Positions 23,720 to 36,479 of a DNA stretch of 64,000 bases are shown one piece after another. Position numbers and translations under genes: made by a program. A model generated the notes under the pieces. It was not told the DNA's origin, made no database searches, and saw only the letters and a program-made list of their open reading frames with translations. The first letter of the stretch is position 1; the number at the start of each line of letters is the position of its first letter. This stretch comes from Chiloscyllium plagiosum (lineage: Eukaryota), in assembly GCF_004010195.1 (NCBI RefSeq), contig NC_057719.1:73025446-73089445 (forward strand), in the 5' to 3' direction.

Positions 23720-24600
23720 AACTTAGTCCCACAATTTAGTCCCAGCTTGTCCTCTATAACGCTCCACGTTATTCTTCTTCAAATATACATCCAGATGCCC
23801 TTTGAAATCTCCAGTATAATCTGCCTTCAGGTCGTGTGTTCCAGAACTTAAGCTTCCCATGACAGGTTTCTCCTCCTTTCTGCTCTACTATACTTGCATG
23901 TTATTCTATATCTGTAACCTTGTATGTATGATCAGTTTTATATGTAATGTGTACTAATGCAATTTGTAATCAGTTACCCCATTCATTTAATAGTATGTAG
24001 GTCAATTTTCTAAATAAGTCTGCTAAATGTAATTAATTAAATCATCTTGGAAATGCATTTATGCAACATGATTTGTATCTCCTTCATCAACTTTACCTGT
24101 TGCTTGGAAGAACTAAGTCCTGTTAGACGCATTTGCCTTCACCAAATCCATATTGGTTATCCTTGGTTAACTTATGCCCCTCCAAAGAGAGAATTAATTT
24201 TGTTCTCAACAATAGTCTCTAGTAAGTTTCTCTTCACTGATGTTGACTGATGGACCAACACCAATAACTTCTTTGGAGTGGAAGTATAATTTTTAATATC
24301 CCCTGGTCCTCTTGAACCACTCCCTAATTCAAGGAAGATTGACAGACTATTGTCAGAGATTGCATATTTCCACCTCCACTACTATTGCTTTCTTCAGCAA
24401 CTAGTTAGACCTGGTAGATTATTAACCTGGAGTGATGCAAACTTATTTACCCCTTTTTCTTTATTTTCACCCTATTTAATATCTATAGCCCCTGCTCCTT
24501 TTATGCAATGCTGGATAGAATTAATTTTATGCAATAGGAGACCATATCCATCCACCATTGAGACCCTCCTCACTTCTCTCAAGGAGACCTTGTGCAAGGT
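23720..24600 (-). mobile_element. Very old CR1 fragments
   Basis: Reverse-complement CR1 3' motif (ttcaaatatacatccaga..ctttgaa) and QYGFGEGK RT motif near 24130-24160. Confidence 0.5.
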
Positions 24601-24807
24601 AAGTGCAGTCAGACACTTGTTAGGACAGCTCAGGTCACCCACTAGACCAAGGATCCAGTAGGGTAAAAGTCCTGCTGCCTTCTGGCAGCTTTCCTCTGCT
24701 GGCAGCCCCATCAGAAGCCACGTCTCTTCTTTATGCCTTCACAGAATGTGGGTGTTGCTGGCAGCATTAATTACCCAGAGGGCAGTTAAGACTTAACTAG
24801 TTAACAC

Positions 24808-24900
24808 TCAATAAAGTGTGGCACTGGAAAAGGTGCAGGAGGTCAGGCAGCATCTGAGGAGAAAGAGAGTTGATGTTTCGGGCATAATCCTTAACCAGGA
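24808..24900 (-). mobile_element. PLE pseudo-LTR fragment, family A
   Basis: ggtcaggcagcatctgaggag..gatgtttcgggcataa. Confidence 0.75.
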
Positions 24901-26741
24901 GTCACCTACCAAAGGGAATTGAGAGACTGCTGTGTTCTCTGTTTTACAGAGACATGACTCACTCCTGCTTCACCCAACTGTCGTTTACAGCCTAAGGACT
25001 TCTCAATCCACTGCATGGACCACATGGCAAGGCAAAGGGTGGTGGGATCCACCTCCTGATCAACACCTCTTGGTGTTTGGATGTGCTGCCCCTGTCAAGT
25101 TACTGCTCCCCAGACCTAGAATATCCCTACTACCTTCCGTGGGAGTTTACTCCCGCTATCCTGCCAGCAAGTTATGTCCCACCCCATGCAGAAGTGAAGA
25201 CTGCGCTTGATGACATGTACACCACTACAATTAGCCTTGAGACAGAATATCCCAAGGCCGTGTTCATCATAGCTGGTGACTTCAAACAGCTCAACCACAA
25301 GCATGTGCTACCAATATTCCACCAATCTGTCTCCTGTCCCAGCAGATGTCCAAATACTCTGGACCATTGCTACACAACCATCAAAAATGCCTAACATTCT
25401 GTCCTGCACCTACATTTTGATAAATCAGACCATAAGGCTGTGCTCCTTCTCCCAACTTACAAGTAGAAACTGAAGGGTGAGGATCCAGTATGGAAAGTCA
25501 AACATTGCTGGTCTGAGGTAATGGATGAGCTCCTATCTGACTGTTTGGAGTTGGTGAACTGGACCATATTCAATAATGCAGCGATCAACCAAAATGTGTT
25601 TGCCATATCCACAGCAGAAACCATCTCCTCAGCCCTACACTCATCCTTAGAACATCTGAATAACATAGATACCTCTATCAGACTTCAATTTAATGACTTT
25701 ATCTCTGCCTTCCAACAAAATTTCATTCCAAACTCTACTCCCCCATCTGCATCTGGATCTTCCACTCTCTGACCTGCAAACTGCAATAAGTGAGGATAGG
25801 CCATAACACCTCCTCCACAATAATCCTCAACACCAGTGCCCTGCAAGACTGTGTATTCAGCCCCTTACCATACTCCTTATATACTCATGACAAATTCAGC
25901 TCTACCCCGACTTATAAGTTTGCTGGGTAGGTTCTCAAACAACCACGAGACAGAGTATAGCAAAGAGATAGACAGCTCAGTGGCATCCACTAAAGATCAC
26001 AATCTCTCCCTCAATGTCAGCAAAATGAAGGAGCTGGTCATTGACTTCAGGAAACGGAGTGGGGGACATGCCTCTGTCTGTATCGATGGTGCTAAGATGG
26101 AGATGGTTGAGAGCTTCATATTCCAAGGAGTAAATATCACCAACAATCTATCCTGGTCCATCCACATCACCACTACTGTCAAGAAAGCATGACAATACCT
26201 CGACTTCCTCAGGAGCCGAAGGAAAATTGGCAGGTCCACAATAACTCCAAATAATTTTTTTATAGAGACACCATAGAAAGCATCCAAACCAGATGCATCA
26301 TGGCTTGGTATGGCAACTATCTGCCCAAGACTGCAAATAATTACAAAGAGTTGTGAACACAGCCCAGTCCATCACACAAACCAGCCTTCCTTCTATTAAC
26401 TCTGCCTATACTTCCTGCTGCCCCTGGAAAGCAACCAACATCATCAAAGACCCCTCCCACCCCAGTTATACTCTCTCCCACCCTCTTCTGCTGGGCATAA
26501 GATACAAAAGTTTGAAAACACAAACCAAAAGATTTAAGAACAGCTTCTTCCCCAATGTTAAAAGACTTACGAATGAACTTCATCTACATTAGAGTTAGTC
26601 TTTCTCTGCACCTTCTCTGTAGCTGTAAGACTACATTCTGCATTCTGTTCTGTTGCCTTGATGTACTTGTGTAAGGTATGATTTGTCTGGATAGCACGCA
26701 AACAATACTGTCCTTGATACATGTGACAGTAACAAATCAAA
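24901..26741 (+). mobile_element. Rex1/Babar-type LINE, internally deleted
   Basis: YVPPHA..FIIAGDF..TLDHCYT (APE endonuclease); NVSKMKELVIDFRK..NNLSWSIHITTTVKKA; IIKDPSHP..RYKSLKTQTKRFKNSFFP; tail gtgacagtaacaaatcaa. Confidence 0.85.
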
Positions 26742-27030
26742 TGGCTGTGGGTCTGAAGTCACACATAGGCCAGACCAGGTAAAGATGGCAGGTTTCCTTC
26801 CTGAAGGAAAAGACGTTAGTGAACCAAATGGGTTATTCCCCCCTCCCCCCACCACAACAATTGACAATGGTTTCATGGTCATCATAAGACTCCTAATTCC
26901 AGATTTTTATTAAATTCAATTTCTACCACCTGCCGTGGTGGGTTTCGAAGACAGGTCCACAGAATATTACCAGTGTCTCTGATTAAATAGTCCAGCAACA
27001 ATGGGCTATGGCCGCCCAATCTGCCACCAT
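26742..27030 (-). mobile_element. tRNA-headed SINE with CR1-like tail; its 3' end lies at 24742-24795
   Basis: gggtctgaagtcaca..ggccagaccagg..gttagtgaacca..ccagatttttattaaattc..ccacctgccgtggtgggtttcgaa; same family as 31377, 39040 and 50195. Confidence 0.7.
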
Positions 27031-27939
27031 TAACACACTAAGACCTTTATGAATGAGCTCCTGGTCCTGACAATACATGGGCGTAAAGCAATGGGGGCTG
27101 CAGGCAGGTGGTCCGAGGCATGGGCCAGATATTGGTTTTCAGCAAACCACACACCCCCTCTCCCGCCCCATTGCTGGGTCAGGCACAAGTGTATGTAAAC
27201 GAGGCACCACCCCACCCAACATGCGGCTGGCAAGATTAGCTTCGCACTTTCAGAAGTTGCAGGAGACTAGAGTGAAGCTCATTAAATCTCTGAACTGCTA
27301 TTAAATTTCAGTCAACTCAGGAATAGTTGATGAGCTGAAAAAGGTGTTCCTGAGATCCCACTCAATACAGAACATGTTTCCTGCCAAAGAGAATAGGATG
27401 CAGGCCCTTGATTCTCTCCAACCACCACAGCCATGCCACTATACCTATACCAATTCTGCCCATTTATGTCATCCTCTTCCATCGCGTGATGTATTTATTC
27501 ACTTCAATTGCCAGAGTCATGAAGGTGATTTTGTGATACAGACAGTAATGTTCCTGCCTTTAAGCCAGACCTTCAAACCCTCCCAACGCATGTCAATTTT
27601 AAGCAGGAAGTGTGGGAGAGATTCCAGGTCAACCACGCTATGAAAAGAACATTACAGATTCCATCAGTAAAAATCAGTGTAAGGTTGCCAGACTCCAAGT
27701 GAACTGTAACACAGTACCAATACCACATACAGGCCTCGACTTCAGAAGATTTTTTTAGTTCCTCATCATCCCCACCATTTCTTTAAATATCCCTTTACGT
27801 CTTCTATGTTTGTAAAATGTTTATGCCTTCCTTTTACTGTGATCTATTCCTCTTCTTTGGCCTTGATAAATTATTTACTGATTTCTCCCCCGCTCCGAAT
27901 TCTGTCTATCTTGCAATTTATTCTGTACCTGGCATATAT

Positions 27940-28090
27940 GTACAGGTTAGGTGAATTGGCCATGCTAAATTGCCCGTAGAGTTAGGTGCATTAGTTAGGG
28001 GGAATGGGTCTGGGTGGGTTACTCTTCGGAGGGCTGGTGTGGACTAGTTGGGCCGACGGGCCTGTTTCCACACTGAAGTGAATCTAATCT
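27940..28090 (+). mobile_element. HE1-like SINE 3' half
   Basis: caggttaggtgaattggccatgctaaattgccc (V-domain)..gggcctgtttccacactg..aatctaatct tail. Confidence 0.9.
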
Positions 28091-28559
28091 CTTATTACAA
28101 ATCTTGTCCTTTTTAAATTAAACTCCTATGTCCTTTGTCATTTGGAGTGGTGCAGTTTTGAATGCCCCAAATGTCCCCCATAGGAGAAAATGTTTAGTTG
28201 GTACATGTGCACTGTCCACATTGTGAAGGTGTGCCATTTCTCACTTTCCTGGTTCTTTGACAATTTTTATGCTAAATTACTTCTTAAGTCATAGAACTTA
28301 GCTCTCTTTCAGTTGGGTATTTTCACACAGATTTCCTTTATCCCTTTCTACTGCAGATTTAAACTTAATTATACTATGATTACTGTCATGCAGATTTTCT
28401 CCCACCAAAATTATCATTTGTCCTATTCCATTTTCTAGAACTGATCCCAACATGTCTTCCTTTCTTATTTGGCCAAAACATTGAGAGGGTGAATTTATCT
28501 CATGAAACACCGCTCTTAGCAGCTATCTGCAGATTTACCTTGATCCCTAATATGAAGGG

Positions 28560-28845
28560 ACATTACAGTCCAATTGATCAGCACCCCATCTACTGCCCTC
28601 AACATTTAGTCTCTCCACCACTGGCACACTCGGCACCAGTCTGTTGTGTCTATAAGTTACATTGCAGCAGCTTATCAAGGTTCTTTCAACACCCTCCAAA
28701 CCCACAACCTCTACCACCTGGAAGGACCAAAAAGCAGGAGTTACATAGGAAAACCACCAACTGCAATATCCCTTTCAAGCCACGCACTATTCTGGCTTGG
28801 AATGATATCGTTGTTCCTTTAGTGTCATTGGGTCAATCTCCTTGA
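28560..28845 (+). mobile_element. CR1-group LINE 3' fragment (second family); resumes at 29822-29895
   Basis: ctccaaacccacaacctctaccacc..ccaccaactgcaa..attctggcttggaa; homologous to 33500-34265 and 35005-36235. Confidence 0.65.
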
Positions 28846-29820
28846 GTACTGTTTTGTTTGTCATTTATATAAATTATTTGGATGAGAATATAGAAGGCAC
28901 GGTTTGTAAATTTGTGGACGATACCAAAATTGGTGGCATAGCAGACTGTGAAAAAGGTTTACTAAAGTTACAAAGCAATCTTGATTATATGGATCAATGA
29001 ACTGAAAAATGGCAGATGGTGTTCAATCTGGTTAAATACGAGGTATTACATTTTGGTATAACAACAAGGGTATGGCTTATACAGTTAGTTGCCTTGGGTA
29101 GTGTTGTAGAACAGTGGGTCCTAGGGGTGCAGGTACATAATTTTTTTATGGGCATATAGTCAGGGTGGTTCAAAAGGTGTTTGACACACTTGCCTTGATT
29201 GCTCAGTCCTTTGAGTATCGGAGTTGGGAAGTTATGTTTAGGTTGTTCAGGACATTGGTGAAGCCTCTTCTAGAATAGTGTGTCCCGTTCTGGTCGCCCA
29301 GTTCTACGAAGGATATTATTAAGCTGGAGAGGGTTCAGAAGGGATTTACCAGGAATGGAAGATTGTCAGGTATGGAAGGCTTGATTATAAAGAAAGGCCG
29401 GATAGGCTGGGAATGTTTTCACTCGAGCGTAGTAGGTTGAGAGGTGACCATATGGAAGTTTATAAAATCATAAGGGATATAGATAGGGTTAATGGTTGGT
29501 GTCTTTTCCAGAGGATGGGGGATTTCAGGACTAAGGGGCACATTTTTAAAGTTGAGGAGACAGATTTTAAAAATCATGAAGGGAAATGTTTTTACAGAGA
29601 GGGTGGTTTGCATGTGGAATGAGCTTCCTGAGGAAGTGGTGGATGTGGGTACAATTACAATGTTTAAAAGACATTTGGATAAGTACATGAATAGGAAAGA
29701 TTTGCAGGGATATGGGCCAGGAGCAGGAGGTGAGACTAGTTTAGTTTGGGATTATGTTCAGCATGAACTGGTTGGACCAAAGGGTCTGTTTCCATGCTGA
29801 AAGACTCTGTGACTCTCTAA
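28846..29820 (+). mobile_element. CR1 LINE 3' ~1 kb
   Basis: LFVIYINYLD, KFVDDTK, RSRLRGDHMEVYKII, WNELPEEVV; gactctgtgactct tail. Confidence 0.92.
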
Positions 29821-29929
29821 CTCTGTCCCTAACAGCACTGTAGGTGTATTTACCCCAGATGGATGGTTCATCACCACTTTTCAAGGGTAATTAAAAAATG
29901 ATATGTGGATGAATTTAGAAAGTGATAAA

Positions 29930-30070
29930 CTTTATTTAGAAATCACTTTTCATGATCTCAGGGTATCCCAAAGTGTTTCATAGCCAATGAAGTAGGTTTT
30001 ATTGTTGTAATATAGAAAATGCAGCTGACAAATTGGACACAGCAAGATTCCACAAAATTTAATGAGATAC
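29930..30070 (-). mobile_element. Deu-SINE/L2-type 3' tail
   Basis: cccaaagtgtttcatagccaatgaagta..cacagcaagattccaca. Confidence 0.6.
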
Positions 30071-30192
30071 TTTTATTAAAAGGCCTGGCATTACTTCATT
30101 GATTAAATATTTTGCATCAATATGAGGCATAAAATGTCCTCATCCATCCAGAAATGTTACATGAAACGCAAAGATGTAATTTTCGGCAGTGT

Positions 30193-30211
30193 GTACTGCC
30201 CCCTGCTGGCC
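30193..30211 (-). promoter_or_regulatory. CTCF core binding motif
   Basis: Minus strand GGCCAGCAGGGGGCAGTAC matches the CCAGCAGGGGGC(G/A) consensus and lies in unique sequence. Confidence 0.65.
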
Positions 30212-30895
30212 TCTGCAAAGATATTGCTGGTTTTTGTTCAAATTTCCAGCATAACCTGATAAAACCTGTCCCAGGGTGCCACATGGAAAGTACTCCAGTA
30301 GGAGCATTTCACTTTCGGTCAAATATTATCGATGTTACAAAGTATTTATAGAGATTGACAAAGTAATTAAGGTGATGCATTTGTTTATAATCTAATCAAC
30401 ATCGCTGCAGAAAATGTAGGGAATTATCCACCTTGACTGACTGCCAGATCTAGAGTTTTCTCAGCTGATGCTGAATTTCAGGCCAAGAGTCTGGAATTAT
30501 GTGCTAGACTGCATAGTGTTGTATTAAACCCTGAACAGAGCTGTGCAAATGCACTGCTCCCCAGTTTTCAATGTTTTGCAAGTGATCTTTTCTCACTTTC
30601 ATAACATTAAAGCAACTTTGGAGTAAATTATTAAATATCTGGGAAGCCAAATTCATGCAAAGGGCATGTTTTATAAGCAGCTTCACACTAGACCTAAGCT
30701 ACACCAAACTTGATGAAAATCGTCAAGGGTGTTCTGCTGGAGATCACTTCCTCTACTGCAGAAACAATAAGAAATGAGATCATTTTGGAAACGAGGACAA
30801 AAACATTTCTTCTTTGTACTTGCTCAGATACCAATTTTGCTTTAATTCACAGCTAGTGGATTATTGATAAGGTCAGAAAACATTAATTCAAACTT

Positions 30896-30982
30896 TTATT
30901 CTGTAGCCTTCAGATTGGAGTTTGTTTCCTTTGGAGTTGGTTCAGAATCAGACTGCGCAATAGTAAGGTAATTGAGGATTAG
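30896..30982 (-). CDS. Candidate terminal coding exon (LILNYLTIAQSDSEPTPKETNSNLKATE*)
   Basis: Strong acceptor ttttctttccttttgtaccag; 28 open codons; stop overlaps AATAAA; no homolog recognised. Confidence 0.3.
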   Translation of the reverse strand, partial: LILNYLTIAQSDSEPTPKETNSNLKATE

Positions 30983-31064
30983 CTGGTACAAAAGGAAAGA
31001 AAATCTATTTTCCTATATTACATGATAATAGTTTAAGCATTGAATTGAAAAAAGATGTCTGATT

Positions 31065-31820
31065 CAATATCACAAAAACAGGTGATTTGATCTTTATCTC
31101 ATTGTTGTTTGTGGGAATTACCGTGACATAAATTGGCTGCTATGCAATCTGCACTGAAACAATGACTACTCGCAAAGACTAATAAATTGGCTGTAAGCAC
31201 TGTCAGCAGATAAAAAGAAGATCCCACAACACTCCTTTGAAGGAGAGCATGAAATGTGATCATTAATATCCTGGCCAATATTCATCTCTTGACTAACATT
31301 GTTAGAACTAATTATTTTGTAACTCACACTATTTACAAAAGAACCTTGTGTGTAAGTTGGCTGTTGTGTTTCTGATGGCTGATGGTGATAATGGCCCTGA
31401 ACTAGGAATCCAGAGACTCAGACTCATGTCACGTGTTCAGATGCCATCACGACAGCTGGTGGAGTTAAATTCAATGAACTGATAAATCTGGATTTGAAAG
31501 CTATTCCTAGTGATGGTGAAACTATCATCATATGTCATGAAAGCCTATCTATTTCACAGAGGACCTCTGGGAAGGGATTCTGCCATTTTACCTGGTCTGG
31601 CCAATGTCTGATTCCAGAGACTCAGTAATATAATTGATTCCTAGCTGTCCTCTGACATGGCCAGGCAAGCCACTCAGTCCAAAGGCAAGTGGGGATAACT
31701 ACCAAATGCTTGCCTTGCCAGCAATGCCCATATTCCATGAAAGAATAGAATAAATAAGTGACCACATATTAAAAACACTTTATTGACCATGCATGGTCTG
31801 ACTGTATGAAAGGCATATCT
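31065..31820 (+). mobile_element. Deu-domain SINE fragments with a nested CR1-tailed tRNA SINE (~31377-31755)
   Basis: aagatcccac..tcctggccaatatt (Deu) interrupted by actaggaatccagagac..aaatctgg..cctggtctggcc..gccactcag. Confidence 0.6.
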
Positions 31821-32044
31821 TCCTCACATATGACAAGTCCAACCATGTCATTGGAAATGGACCTTTTAGTCTTTAAGCTAACATTTCCTGCAGCGTTTTT
31901 ATTGACTGAATTGATAAAGAACACAAAGCTGTTGCATCCATCAGCAGTTTACACAAAATTGTCTTCATGTCTTTGACAGCAGTCACAATCTAAGGGCACG
32001 ATAATAGCTTACATCAGAAATGTCTCACTGTCTTCATTTGAACT

Positions 32045-32270
32045 ACTTACATCTTATAGAGCGCGATTAATGTGTTGAAATACTTCAAAAAACTTCAGAG
32101 GAGTGTAACAAGACAAAAATTGACACCAAGCTAAGGGATACTGGGACAGTAGAAGGAAATAGCTTTTAACCAGTGTCTTAAAAAGTAGAGAGGGGTACGG
32201 GGTGTGAATTCCAGAGCTTTGGACCCAGATGGCCTCCAATGGATAAGGGGGAACCAAAGGAAATAAAGGA
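32045..32270 (-). mobile_element. L2 LINE 3' end
   Basis: cttacatcttatagagcgc..aaatttgacac..gaattccagagctt typical of the reverse complement of an L2 3' end. Confidence 0.55.
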
Positions 32271-33499
32271 CGCAAAACTATACACTGAGAGATCTTACAT
32301 CTTGCATTTCTTAATCTGGAGCAGCAGAATGGTACTTTGCATCGAGCACAAATTTGTAGCTCCACAATTTGGTATGATTTCATGTTTATCAGTACTCTGT
32401 ATTAACTTCCAATACTAATTTGCAACATTGCTAAGCAGAGTTGTGGTCACATCAATGAGCAATACAATTGGCCAAATCTTGTTGAAAGAGACAGACATAA
32501 AAAAATAATATTTCCAACAATAATATGTGCCATGTGGGAATGAAACTCAACAATTTAAAATGTTTCTCTTTTTGAATTAAAGAGACTGATGGCATTGTAG
32601 TAGAATTAAATATTGTTAGGAGAATAATTACACTGTTAATTATGAGACTTTTTTTGTGCTGACATTAATGACCAACTACTGCAGAAATCCAGCAAGGTCT
32701 TAAAAGTAATTGAAAAGCTAATCGCAAAATATAACTTGAGCAACCAAGACAACTTGTCCTGGAGATTCACATCTTACAGTACATCTCTTCATTGTCAGGA
32801 TTTGCTGGCAGATTTGTGCTTTAATAATAGAGCACACAGTTAATTGAATTGTATTTTCCAAACAAGATTTGGCCCATTAAGCTGCCCCTAGCTTGGATCT
32901 CAACAATTAATATTTCCAAATTCCTCTTTCAAAGCTCCAATTGTACGTGTAAAGCTATTTGTTTAAATTGGGACAAGTGTCAGAGTCCATTCTCTAATTA
33001 AAGAAGGGCTGACATTCTCTGCTCCACATCTTTGCCTTGACAATAATGTTGCTTAGAAACTGGTAGTTTTACCCATTAGCTGTTGGGAAGATACTGTCTC
33101 AGATTTAGTGATTTAATATTTGTCATGACTTGTGCTACGCAAGAGCAGTTTCTGCAGCCATCCTGAGACAAACAAGATACTTTCATGCTCAGAATTCACA
33201 TTATGAATGCTTAAAGTTTATGCTTCCTAAATCTGCAAAGCATTGCATTCAAATAGCTATCCTAACTGTCTGTGGAAACCAGTCAACTGAAATACTGTAA
33301 GACGCCATTGATCTTGATTGAATGTACCATATCAGCCTCTGTTCAGGCAACTGTATTAAATGAACAGAGAGATTTTGTGTATCCAATTATCAGCATTGCT
33401 CCTTTTAAAAATCATGTATTGCAGAAACATTATTTATTGAAAACAACTATAGTTGCATTGGCGTTATTCAAGATTATGTCCCATGCTGCTTCAGCTTTT

Positions 33500-34265
33500 C
33501 ACAACCTGCAACATCCTTGGGTTTACCATTGACCAGAAACTGAAATGGACTAGCCATATGAATACAGTGGCTACAAGAGCAGGTCAGAGGCAAGGAAGCC
33601 TGCAGTGAGCAACTCAGCTCCAGATTCCCCTAAGATTGCCCACCACTTAAAGAGCACAAGTCAGGAGTATGATGAAATATTGTCATTTCTGATGAAAGGC
33701 TTATGCCCAAAACGCTGATTCTCCTGCTCCTTTGATGCTGCCTGACCTGCCGTGTTTTTCCAGCACCACACTTTTCGACTCTGATCTCTAGCATTTGCAG
33801 TCCTATCTCCTATGATGGAATATTCCCCACTTGCCTGGTGTGCAACTCCGACAACACTCAAGAAGCTTGACAACATGCAGGACGAAGTAACCTACTTAAT
33901 TAACACCACATTCAAAAACTTCCATTCCCTCCACGACCAATACTCAATAACAGCAGTGTGTATTATCTACAAGATACAGTGAATCAAGGCTCCTTAGGCA
34001 GTATCTTCCAAATTCACAGCAATTGCCATCTAAAAGGTCAAGGGTAACAGATACATGGGAACACCACCACCTGTAAATTCCCCTTAGTTACTCACCATCC
34101 CTCAGTGTCATTGGGTCAAAGTCCTGGAACTCGCTTTCTAATGGAATTATTAGTGCATCTGCAGCAAATCGGATTCAGCAGTTTAAAAAGGCAGCTCACC
34201 ATCACCTTGTCAAGGACAACTAGGGGTGGGCATAAAGTTCAAAACCTACATCATCTGAATGAATA
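33500..34265 (+). mobile_element. CR1-group LINE 3' part (second family)
   Basis: NILGFTIDQKLKWTSHMNTVATRAGQR..KAQVRS.MEYSPLAW..TLKKLDNMQD. Confidence 0.85.
33682..33810 (+). mobile_element. PLE pseudo-LTR fragment, family A, with 14-bp TSD
   Basis: CTGATGAAAGGCTTATGCCCAAAACG at 33689; TSD tatgatgaaatatt (33668-33681) / tatgatggaatatt (33811-33824). Confidence 0.85.
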
Positions 34266-34299
34266 ATATTTTAATCAAACATCCTTGCAAATGATGAAA

Positions 34300-35000
34300 T
34301 CTAAACTTGTAAATTTCAGTTTCCAAAGTTCAAACACCTTTTGAGACAGATCAATAGGAGGCTCCTGGTGCTAGAAACAATCAATGGATTATGTAAGGAG
34401 GACAAAAATTGAGAATTGTGCAGATGAATGCATGGCTGGAGAAATGATACTACATGGAGGACTTTAGATTCAGGATTAGGGCTTGAGCTACTGTAACAGA
34501 TTTTGAGATCTATAAAGGATCTATAAAACAACAGGGGTTGCACCCTGACATGACAGGGACCAATAATTTGTGGGATCATTTAGTAGGTGGATAGGAACCA
34601 AGATGTAACATTAGATGTGGTAAATAAATGTGGTAAACCATACTGGATTATGAATAGCAGATAGCATAGCAGTAACAGATATTAAGTAGGGTCAGAATAC
34701 AATAATCTTTCAATTTAGTTTATGTACAGGTATGTGAATACATAACGTGTGGTAAATGAGGTTGGTGAACTTCGTGCACAAATAACAACAAGAGAAAATG
34801 ATGCTGCAGCAGTAGCTGATACATAGCTGGAAAAGTGGGCATAACCAGGGACTAAATATACATGGAACAGAGTGTTCAGGGAAAGATAGGAAAGGAAGGA
34901 AAAGAGGTGTGTCAGTGTTATTTAGGGAGTTTGTTACAGTACTAGGATGTGTTGTTGGGATCAAGGACAGTTTCTACTTAATTCGAGTTAAAGAACAATG
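34300..35000 (+). mobile_element. Old CR1 ORF1-end/ORF2-start fragment
   Basis: MNAWLEK, DLYK..GLHP; then NVW*M.LVNF..AVADT*L..GTECSGKI.KGRKRGVSV (APE N-terminus). Confidence 0.65.
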
Positions 35001-35004
35001 GAGA

Positions 35005-36235
35005 ATTTGACGTCAAGGTAGCATTTGATCAAACATTTGTTCAAGGAGACCAACCAAAACCGGACTTGGTAGAAATCAAAGGAAAAACCCTTCATTGTTT
35101 GGAGTAATTCTGGGCACAAATGAAGATGGTTGTGGTTGTTAAGAAATACTCATCTCAGCCCCTGGACATCACTGCAGGAGTTCCTCAGGGTAGTGCCCAT
35201 GGCACACTCATCTTCAGCTGCTTCATCAATGACCATCCCCCATCGCTCCGATCCCGCACCCCGATCCCCCATCCTGCAGCGCTCCAAAAGCTAGTGCTTC
35301 CAAAAAAAGCTTGTTGGACTATAACCTGGTGTTGGGATTTTTAACTTCGCCCATCATAAAAGTCAGATGTTGTGATGTTTATTGATGATGTTCCAACATC
35401 ATTCACAGCTCCTCAGATACTGAAGCAATCCCATTCCAAGACCAGGACAACATCCAGGTTTGGGCTGATAAGAGGCAAGTAACATTTGTGCCACTTCAGT
35501 GCCAGGCAATAGCTATCTCCAAAAAGAGAGAATATAAATATTGGCACTTGAAACATTGTGGCATTTGCACCACTAAGTTCACAACTATTAACATCATGGA
35601 GGTTATCATTGACCATAAGCTGAACTGGGCTAGCCATATAAATATTGCTACAGGAATCAGCCAGGAGCTAGGACTACTGTGGTGAGTAACTCACCTCCTG
35701 ACTCCCTGAAGCCTATCCACAATCCATAAGGCTCAAGTCAGGAGTGTGAATGGAATACTCCCCAATTGCCTCAATGTGTGCAGCTCCAGCAACATGCAAG
35801 AAGCTCGACACCATCCAGGACAAAGCAGTCTGCTTCACTGGTCACTCAATCCATCACCATCAATATTCAGTCCTTTACCATCGACCTGCACAGTGACATC
35901 AGTGTGCACAATCTGTCTCCCTGGGGGGAGACAGACCTACTACAAGGTATACTGCAGTAACTCCCCAATGAGACCTACCAAACTCTCAAACTGTACAACC
36001 TAGAAGGAACAGATGTATGGAGACACCACCTGCTGCAAGTTCTCCTCCAAGTCCATACTATCCTGATTTAAATATAACACTGTTCCTTCATTCACTCAAA
36101 ACCCTGGGACACCCTTCTGAACAACATTGTCTCCACATTCCAGGAACTTCAGCTGTTCAAGAATGCAACTTACCAGCACTTTAGAGATGGGCAATAAATG
36201 TCAGCCTTGCCAAAGAATTTCATGTATAAATATAA
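35005..36235 (+). mobile_element. CR1-group LINE RT and 3' UTR (second family)
   Basis: DVKVAFD, ITAGVPQGS..IFSCFIND, FIDD, IDHKLNWASHIN, KAQVRSV. Confidence 0.85.
35240..35350 (+). mobile_element. PLE pseudo-LTR fragment, family B
   Basis: gcagcgctccaaaagctagtgcttccaaa..tgttggactataacctggtgttg. Confidence 0.7.
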
Positions 36236-36479
36236 AAAACTCTAATACACCAGTGGATGTATTCAATTGGCTCCCAACTAGTGGGATAGAGAGGAGCAAA
36301 TTTGCATGAAAATTACAGTTAAGTATAAATCTTATGCTGCAGTAATAATGAGTAAACTTAATTATCTGAAAACAGGAAGGATAACTATCAAGCACAGTTG
36401 GAATTGGAAAGTTGTGTGTCTTTAAAAAGGAGATGATTCAGGTACATTCATGGTCTCATGAGGGGGAAATGTTGGTCAA

